Source: Eubacteriales bacterium (lineage in GTDB: Bacteria > Bacillota > Clostridia > Oscillospirales > CAG-272). From it: a stretch of 64,000 bases of DNA. Position numbers and translations under genes: made by a program. Positions 58,145-64,000 of this stretch are shown here, piece after piece. The first letter of the stretch is position 1. Each line of letters starts with the position of its first letter. The stretch is taken from the NCBI GenBank assembly GCA_045126855.1, contig JBGVPG010000009.1, forward strand, positions 10,752 through 74,751, written 5' to 3'. Below the pieces are notes generated by a model that saw only the letters and a list, made by a program, of their open reading frames with translations, made no database searches and was not told the DNA's origin.

Positions 58145-59017
58145 TTAGTCGCGACGTCCGCAGCCGCAACCGTTATTCTTGAGATTTGTTGTTGTAGGCA
58201 TACCCGTTGTCGTTCTGAACTGATTTGTTGGGAATGCTATCGTTCTGAAAAGTGCGCAAGGATTATCGTTATTGGCTGCATCGGTGCACTCCTTATCAGG
58301 CACGGAATAATCGGTTGCCTGAATAAGCAGCTGAGCATTTCGTTCAATACGAATAACCGAGAACAGGCCAAATGAAACTAAAATCCTGGGGCCTGTGGTT
58401 GTTGCAACAAGCTCTTCACCGAGGCAGTCTCTTATACCGTCGGGAAGCTCGCTATATTCGGTTCCTCCGCAGGGACAGGGACAATTACAATCGGACACTC
58501 TCGTGCCAAGCACAACAGGCTCTACGGTCTCTACAACCGCAACAGGATCGTTTGTAGTTGCGGTATTATGATTATTATATACGTCACAATAGTTTGTTGT
58601 AGGGTTAGAAACAAAGGTCAGCGCCCTACCCTCGCCGCCGTACAGCACTACCTCTTTTTCAAGAATTGCAAGGCCCTTAAACGTCTGACTTCTTCCAACG
58701 CAAATGCAGGCCTCAAATTCAACCTCTACGTAATAGCGAATAATTATACGGAAAAATCCGCAGTTAAACGGAACCTCTTCCACGATGATATTTGCAAAAA
58801 GAATATTCGCCTCGCGAGTTCTTACGTTTGTGGACGTTGCAAGGATCTCCTCTCCACGTGCCGTAAGATAAACTCTCGTATCCTCAAAGCAGTCTCGATC
58901 GCGGCAACTGTCGAGTACTCTTCTTGTGTCAATACACACCGTACCGTTGCACAGCCCGTTTGTTCCCTGAGCTCCACCGGTGGATGCGTTTCTGTTTTCT
59001 TGCATTGCTTTGACCAT
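58145..59017 (-). CDS. Cysteine-rich hypothetical protein (17 Cys / 290 aa)
   Basis: Long ORF with its own promoter and terminator. Cys clusters are CNGTVC, SCRDRDC, ACIC, DCNCPCPCGG and GCGCG. No family is recognised. An alternative start is at 59005. Confidence 0.6.
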   Translation of the reverse strand: MVKAMQENRNASTGGAQGTNGLCNGTVCIDTRRVLDSCRDRDCFEDTRVYLTARGEEILATSTNVRTREANILFANIIVEEVPFNCGFFRIIIRYYVEVEFEACICVGRSQTFKGLAILEKEVVLYGGEGRALTFVSNPTTNYCDVYNNHNTATTNDPVAVVETVEPVVLGTRVSDCNCPCPCGGTEYSELPDGIRDCLGEELVATTTGPRILVSFGLFSVIRIERNAQLLIQATDYSVPDKECTDAANNDNPCALFRTIAFPTNQFRTTTGMPTTTNLKNNGCGCGRRD

Positions 59018-59072
59018 TCCTTATATTGAATAAATAGTAACGTCATAGACTTTCAATCCATGGCTTGCTATT

Positions 59073-59101
59073 ATTATATGAAAAAGGTCAAAGGCTGTGA
59101 A
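59073..59101 (-). promoter_or_regulatory. Sigma-A-like promoter TTCACA-17-TATAAT for the Cys-rich ORF
   Basis: Hexamers verified by position. It also overlaps an AC-N16-CATAnnnTA (sigma-K-like) pattern. Confidence 0.6.
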
Positions 59102-59131
59102 AAAAAAGCCACGGAATATCCGTGGCTTTTT
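59101..59131. terminator. Intrinsic terminator after the mini P-loop gene
   Basis: AAAAGCCACGG-aatat-CCGTGGCTTTT. Confidence 0.85.
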
Positions 59132-59142
59132 ATATTCATATA

Positions 59143-59544
59143 TTAGGTATAAGCCTTGATAGTCTCAGGGCAATCCTCAACCGCGATAGAGGATGTCATA
59201 ACAAGATTAACGTCTGCGCAGATCTTGTTGAGCTTGGAGAGCATCTGCTCGAAAGCAACGGTATCGTTACCGATGATCTTGAGTGCAGAGTCTACAAAGA
59301 TATCAGTGATATCGGAGTTGGATGCAAGAATACCTGCGATGAAGCCGTAAAGTGCATCTGCGTCGCATACGAGATAAGCGTCTGTATCAATAAGTCTTGC
59401 TTTATATGTAATATCATGGATGAGCTTATCGCCCTTCTCAATGCATACTACGTTACCCTTGGATTCAGCAACTGCATTGTTAACCATTTCAATAAGAGTT
59501 TTAGTTTTACCGGAGCCCTTGCTACCGATGAATAATTTAATCAT
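59143..59544 (-). CDS. Minimal P-loop NTPase-like protein (133 aa)
   Basis: MIKLFIGSKGSGKT Walker A and DIFVDS as a candidate Walker B. AGGAGG SD. Confidence 0.65.
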   Translation of the reverse strand: MIKLFIGSKGSGKTKTLIEMVNNAVAESKGNVVCIEKGDKLIHDITYKARLIDTDAYLVCDADALYGFIAGILASNSDITDIFVDSALKIIGNDTVAFEQMLSKLNKICADVNLVMTSSIAVEDCPETIKAYT

Positions 59545-59587
59545 TTTTGTGTCCTCCTAAATCTGAGATTATATTATCTCTACATAC

Positions 59588-59616
59588 ATTTTACACTATT
59601 GGCGGGCAAAATGCAA
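59588..59616 (-). promoter_or_regulatory. Sigma-A promoter TTGCAT-17-TAAAAT for the mini P-loop gene
   Basis: Hexamers and spacing verified. Confidence 0.7.
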
Positions 59617-59681
59617 TAGAAAATGAAGAATTTTTTGTTTAATTATTCATTTTGTAAATATTACACAAGAAAATATGTGCA

Positions 59682-61025
59682 TTATTTCCCTTCTATACGA
59701 GCCTCGAGTGCGGATTTCATATCCTCATAACCGGGCTTACCAAGAAGAGCGAACATATTCTTCTTATATGCCTCAACGCCGGGCTGGTCAAAGGGATTAA
59801 CTCCAAGTAGATATCCGGACATTGCACATGCAAACTCGAAGAAGTAAATAAGGTATCCGAGGGAGTGGGCAGATCTATCCTCAAGCTCAAGAAGGATGTT
59901 GGGCACGCCACCGTCGTTGTGTGCAATAAGTGTTGCGGTCATTGCAGTCTTATTCACGTAATCAAGCTCACGACCTGCAATAAAGTTAAGTCCGTCAACG
60001 TTTGCGGCATCCTCGGGAATAACAAAGGAAGCACCGGGATTCTTAACATTGATTACGGTCTCAAAGAGATTTCTCTGACCCTCCTGGATATACTGGCCAA
60101 GAGAATGAAGGTCGGTGGAGAAAATAACGGATGCAGGGAAAATACCCTTGTTATCCTTACCTTCACTTTCACCGTAAAGCTGCTTCCACCACTCGTTGAA
60201 CATCAGAAGATAGGGCTCGTATCCAACGAGAATCTCGGTGGTCTTACCCTTTCTCAGAAGAGCGTTACGAATAACAGCATAGCGGAGTGCTGCGTTAGAA
60301 TCCATATCATCGGATCTGAATGCAACCATAGCATCATTTGCGCCTGCCATAAGAGCGTCAATATCAATTCCTGCACACGCAATGGGAAGGAGACCAACCG
60401 CTGTAAGCACAGAATATCTTCCGCCAACGTCGTCAGGAACAACAAAGGTCTCGAAGCCTGCCTCGTCGGAGAACTTCTTAAGAGTTCCTCTTGCCTTGTC
60501 GGTGGTTACAAATATTCTTTCTCTAGCGCCCTCAACGCCGTACTTCTCAACAAGAAGCGCCTTGAAGACTCTGAAGGCTATTGCAGGTTCTGTCGTTGTT
60601 CCGGACTTGGAAATAACGTTTACTGCAATGTCCTTACCTTCGCAAATAGAAAGCAGCTCGTTAAGTGCTGTGGGAGAAATGTTATTACCTGCAAAATAGA
60701 TATCGGGAGTATCCTTTTTAAGATTATTGTAAAGAGGGCTTTTAACAAACTCGATTGCAGCGCGTGCACCAAGATAGGAGCCGCCAATTCCAATTACAAC
60801 GAGAATATCGGCATTCTGCTTGATTTTTTCTGCTGCAAGCTTAATTCTTGCAAATTCCTCTTTATCATAATTTTCGGGAAGATTTACCCAACCGTGGAAA
60901 TCGTTGCCTGCGCCCTTTCCGCTCAGGAGAAGATTGTGAGCAACCTTGCTCTGATCTCTGAGGCACTCAAGCTCGTGAGGAGCAACGAAACCAGAAAGAA
61001 ATTTTTCGTTAAGATTAAGACTCAT
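59682..61025 (-). CDS. pgi: Glucose-6-phosphate isomerase
   Basis: 447-aa Firmicute-type PGI ([15 protein letters not shown], and a QPGVE-type motif). Confidence 0.95.
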   Translation of the reverse strand: MSLNLNEKFLSGFVAPHELECLRDQSKVAHNLLLSGKGAGNDFHGWVNLPENYDKEEFARIKLAAEKIKQNADILVVIGIGGSYLGARAAIEFVKSPLYNNLKKDTPDIYFAGNNISPTALNELLSICEGKDIAVNVISKSGTTTEPAIAFRVFKALLVEKYGVEGARERIFVTTDKARGTLKKFSDEAGFETFVVPDDVGGRYSVLTAVGLLPIACAGIDIDALMAGANDAMVAFRSDDMDSNAALRYAVIRNALLRKGKTTEILVGYEPYLLMFNEWWKQLYGESEGKDNKGIFPASVIFSTDLHSLGQYIQEGQRNLFETVINVKNPGASFVIPEDAANVDGLNFIAGRELDYVNKTAMTATLIAHNDGGVPNILLELEDRSAHSLGYLIYFFEFACAMSGYLLGVNPFDQPGVEAYKKNMFALLGKPGYEDMKSALEARIEGK

Positions 61026-61060
61026 TTTATTTCCGTCCTTTTTTAGTAAAATACACTCTA

Positions 61061-61089
61061 ATTATACTATATATTTATTTATTTTGCAA
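61061..61089 (-). promoter_or_regulatory. Sigma-A promoter TTGCAA-17-TATAAT for pgi
   Basis: Hexamers and spacing verified. Confidence 0.75.
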
Positions 61090-61106
61090 GAGTATTTTAT
61101 TATTTT

Positions 61107-62282
61107 TTAGCAAGCAACCATTCTTTTTATAATCCTAATCAGTATCTCGCCATAAGTTATTTTATTAATAGATTCCTTTACGACTATCTCGCTTTCTCCG
61201 ATTTGCTCATCGTTTATCTTATATACAACCTTACCAACTGCCGAACCTGCTTCTAGTGGAGCGTAAATTATTTCCGGAATGTCATAAACGAGTTCAACCC
61301 TTGAAAGTTCTGATTTAGGAACAACGGTTGCAAATGGTGTGCAGTATAAGCCGGTTTCGTCTTTAACACCTCCAAGAACACGAGAGTTTTCTACAAAGGC
61401 TTCACCGCACTCATATAGGGCAAAGTTTGCAAAACCAAAGTCTAAAAGCTCTCTGGCGATAGTATTTCTCTCATCTCTTGTTTCCGCGCCCATTACAACG
61501 GCGATTAGCTGCATATTACCGCGTTTTGCAGTTGCACTGATGCAAAAGCCGGCCTTATCTGTTGACCCGGTTTTAAGACCATTACAGCCCTCGTAATATC
61601 TCACAAGTCTGTTTGTATTCGTCAAAATAAACTCACCGTTTCGTATGCTATCCTGCCACAAGGAGCTATATTTCAGAATTAACTGGTGCCTAATAAGCTC
61701 ACGAGACATTTTTGCTATATCCGCAGCGCAGGTATAATGGTTTGTCGTCGTATCATCAAGTCCCGTAGTATTCTCAAAATTACTGTTTTTTAGACCGAGC
61801 TCAGCTGCACGTTGGTTCATCATTTTAACAAAGGCATCTTCGCTTCCAGCCGTAAGCTCGGCAAGCGCCACAGAGGCATCATTGCCACTTGCAATAACTG
61901 CCGATTTAATAAGCTCCTCTACGGTTATTCTTTCGCCTTCTTTAAGAAACACCTGGCTTCCTCCCATCGAGGCTGCCTTTGCACTAACGGTCACGCGGTC
62001 CGTAAGTTCAAATTTTCCTGATTCAAGAGCTTCCATAACTAGCAGCAGGGTCATAATTTTGGTCACCGAAGCAGGTGATGCCTTAGAAAACTCATTGTTT
62101 GCACATAGCACCTTGCCAGTCTTCGCTTCACAAAGATAGAAGCTGAACGTATCGTGACTTAGTTGCGGTTCAATCGAAGAATACAGCTCTGCCCTTTTTT
62201 TTGTTTTATTTTCTGCAGAAACACAAACGCACGTAGACATCAAAAAAACTAATAACATAACAAACGAAACTACTTTTTTCAT
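61107..62282 (-). CDS. D-alanyl-D-alanine carboxypeptidase (S11, DacB/DacF-like)
   Basis: Signal peptide plus SVTK (SxxK), SGN and KTG motifs. Confidence 0.9.
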   Translation of the reverse strand: MKKVVSFVMLLVFLMSTCVCVSAENKTKKRAELYSSIEPQLSHDTFSFYLCEAKTGKVLCANNEFSKASPASVTKIMTLLLVMEALESGKFELTDRVTVSAKAASMGGSQVFLKEGERITVEELIKSAVIASGNDASVALAELTAGSEDAFVKMMNQRAAELGLKNSNFENTTGLDDTTTNHYTCAADIAKMSRELIRHQLILKYSSLWQDSIRNGEFILTNTNRLVRYYEGCNGLKTGSTDKAGFCISATAKRGNMQLIAVVMGAETRDERNTIARELLDFGFANFALYECGEAFVENSRVLGGVKDETGLYCTPFATVVPKSELSRVELVYDIPEIIYAPLEAGSAVGKVVYKINDEQIGESEIVVKESINKITYGEILIRIIKRMVAC

Positions 62283-62338
62283 AATAAATCTCCCCTTTCC
62301 TTTATAAAAGTATATTAGTACTCGGGGAGAAATATTAT

Positions 62339-63094
62339 TTATTTGTCGGTTAACTCATCAAGAGTTCCAAAAGTATATCCCATATCTCGCCAGCTATCAA
62401 TCAGAATAGGGAAAATCTCAGCGTTTGTACTCGACGTTGGGTGGAATAGCATTACTGCGCCGTCATGTGTGTTATCAAGTACTTTTTTTATTGCTTTATC
62501 GCAGTCGGGCTGTCTGCCATTATCCCAATCATCGTATGCAAAGCTCCAGAAAATAGTTTTATACCCAAGGCTCTGCACCGTTTTAAGTGCCTGCATAGAG
62601 TACCTTCCTTCAGGAAATCTAAAGTATTTGGACATTTTTCTGCCACATCGCTCCTCATAGATCATCTCAAGCGCCTTGAGATTTCTTGCTATTTCTTCCT
62701 CGCTTGCAAACGAGAGATTTTTATGGTTTTTGGTATGATTACACACCAGATGTCCTTCATCCTCCATACGTAACACCAAATCGCTGTTTTTTAATATAAT
62801 GTTGTCAAGCAGGAAAAATGCGGCAGGAACACTCTTCTCCTTGAGAACGTCCAGAATTTTCTCGACATTTCCGTTTTCATATCCTGCATCAAATGTGAGA
62901 TATATCTTTTTCTCCCCCGATTTGTCAATATAATAGGCGTCATAAGACTCTGCCTCAACCGCTTCCTTCGGAAAAATCGGTATATCTCTTCCCTTCCTTT
63001 TAATATACCAATTAAGCTCTCCCTGTGCATTAACTTTCAAAGCTAACGTAAGGAACATAATTGCCAAAATACAAGCTGATAATATTTTTTTCAT
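62339..63094 (-). CDS. pdaA: Polysaccharide deacetylase, PdaA-like delta-lactam-biosynthetic de-N-acetylase
   Basis: NodB domain (TFDAGYENG, NHTKNH) and a signal peptide. The start is set at ATG 63094 after AAGGAG. Confidence 0.82.
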   Translation of the reverse strand: MKKILSACILAIMFLTLALKVNAQGELNWYIKRKGRDIPIFPKEAVEAESYDAYYIDKSGEKKIYLTFDAGYENGNVEKILDVLKEKSVPAAFFLLDNIILKNSDLVLRMEDEGHLVCNHTKNHKNLSFASEEEIARNLKALEMIYEERCGRKMSKYFRFPEGRYSMQALKTVQSLGYKTIFWSFAYDDWDNGRQPDCDKAIKKVLDNTHDGAVMLFHPTSSTNAEIFPILIDSWRDMGYTFGTLDELTDK

Positions 63095-63144
63095 AATAAT
63101 CTCCTTCAATAATATTATTTTCAAAAGAATAATATAAATTAAAG

Positions 63145-63178
63145 GCAAAAAAAGGAGCTGTTAACAAATAACAGCTCC
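63145..63178 (-). terminator. Intrinsic terminator after rpsU
   Basis: GGAGCTGTT-loop-AACAGCTCC followed by T8 on the minus strand. Confidence 0.85.
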
Positions 63179-63193
63179 AATGCAAATATTCAA

Positions 63194-63370
63194 TTACTTA
63201 TACTTGCGCTTTCTTGCAGCCTCAGCCTTCTTCTTGCGCTTAACGCTGGGCTTCTCATAATGCTCTCTCTTACGAAGCTCGGTCATGATACCGGACTTTA
63301 CGCACTGTCTCTTAAAACGACGAAGCGCGTTATCGAGAGTTTCATTCTCTTTTACTCTGATTTCTGCCAT
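63194..63370 (-). CDS. rpsU: 30S ribosomal protein S21
   Basis: Begins [31 protein letters not shown]. Confidence 0.95.
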   Translation of the reverse strand: MAEIRVKENETLDNALRRFKRQCVKSGIMTELRKREHYEKPSVKRKKKAEAARKRKYK

Positions 63371-63427
63371 CTTATTTCCCCTCCCTTCGCTTTGCAAAGA
63401 GATTAAATCTCATATTTTTACTCAATT

Positions 63428-63456
63428 ATTATAAAGTATTTTTTTTGTTTTGTCAA
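63428..63456 (-). promoter_or_regulatory. Sigma-A promoter TTGACA-17-TATAAT for rpsU
   Basis: Perfect hexamers. Confidence 0.8.
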
Positions 63457-63475
63457 TAGAAAAACAGAAAAAAGT

Positions 63476-64000
63476 TTAATTATTTTTAACCCCATGCATT
63501 TTTGCTGCGGACAGTGTGTTTTTCATCAACATAGTAATGGTCATAGGACCAACACCGCCGGGAACAGGAGTAATATATGAAGCAATTTCAGCCACCTCAT
63601 CAAAGGCAACGTCACCACACAGCTTTCCGTCGGCATTGCGGTTAATACCAACGTCAATAACCACAGCACCCTGCTTTACCATATCACAACGAAGGAACCC
63701 TGCTCTACCGACCGCACAGACTATAATATCGGCTTCTCGAGTTATTTCTGATATATTCTTCGTTCTTGAATGACAAACGGTGACTGTGCCATTTCTTTCA
63801 AGAAGAAGAAGCGCCATGGGCTTACCGACAATATTACTTCTGCCGATGACGACGCATCTCTTACCTTCAATCTCAATATTGTAGTGATCAAGAAGTGCCA
63901 TTACGCCTGCAGGAGTACATGGCAAAAAGCTGTATTTTCCAATAACGATCCTACCAACGTTTGACGGAGAAAATGCATCAACATCCTTCTCGGGATCAAT
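63476..64000 (-). CDS. folD: Bifunctional methylenetetrahydrofolate dehydrogenase/cyclohydrolase FolD (N-terminus outside the window)
   Basis: IDPEKDVD...PCTPAG...GRSNIVGKP...[10 protein letters not shown]. The frame is open to the window edge. Confidence 0.93.
   Translation of the reverse strand: MDPEKDVDAFSPSNVGRIVIGKYSFLPCTPAGVMALLDHYNIEIEGKRCVVIGRSNIVGKPMALLLLERNGTVTVCHSRTKNISEITREADIIVCAVGRAGFLRCDMVKQGAVVIDVGINRNADGKLCGDVAFDEVAEIASYITPVPGGVGPMTITMLMKNTLSAAKMHGVKNN

Noticed and set aside
59072-59098. A sigma-K-type promoter (AC-N16-CATATAATA) for the Cys-rich ORF.
   Set aside because: The same bases form a better sigma-A-like TTCACA-17-TATAAT promoter, so a sporulation-specific reading cannot be claimed from sequence alone. 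It is kept only as a note.
59865-61046. A 393-aa ORF antisense to pgi. Similar cases are 18887-19759 (antisense to ispH-rpsA), 1165-1944 (smc) and 52373-53182 (glnS).
   Set aside because: These are shadow ORFs of highly biased genes, with no independent start signals.

Overview
The window reads as a core chromosomal segment of a spore-forming Firmicute. The class Clostridia is inferred from gene content and order only, not from any search. Evidence for this includes spoIIID, yabP/yabQ, pdaA, a DacB/F-type carboxypeptidase, GlnRS, an IspH-S1 fusion and the rplU-prp-rpmA operon. I call about 63 protein genes. They cover smc-ftsY, leuS, efp, galE, cdaA, recJ-rel-dtd-hemZ, hup, the glgB-C-D-A-P plus GH13 glycogen operon, aroK, glnS, comFC, aspartate kinase, pgi, rpsU and folD. 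I also call three tRNAs (Arg-ACG, Gly-UCC, Ser-GGA) and an L21-leader-like element. Many sigma-A promoters are near consensus (TTGACA-17-TATAAT class), and many intrinsic terminators are clear. I see no transposase, integrase, CRISPR array, restriction-modification, toxin-antitoxin or recognisable defence genes, so this is mostly an ordinary region. The most interesting items are modest. (1) A 46-aa single-helix micro-ORF sits behind cdaA, where cdaR/glmM normally sit. (2) An orphan pair lies next to pgi: a 17-Cys 290-aa protein and a 133-aa minimal P-loop protein. (3) A roughly 180-nt hairpin-rich non-coding stretch ends in a perfect 15-bp terminator next to the tRNA pair. (4) A 430-bp AT-rich non-coding tract with perfect palindromes lies downstream of spoIIID. 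(5) There are several gene fusions: YqeK-RsfS, Cmk-PlsC and IspH-S1. All functional calls come from motif and family recognition by eye. No database search was run.
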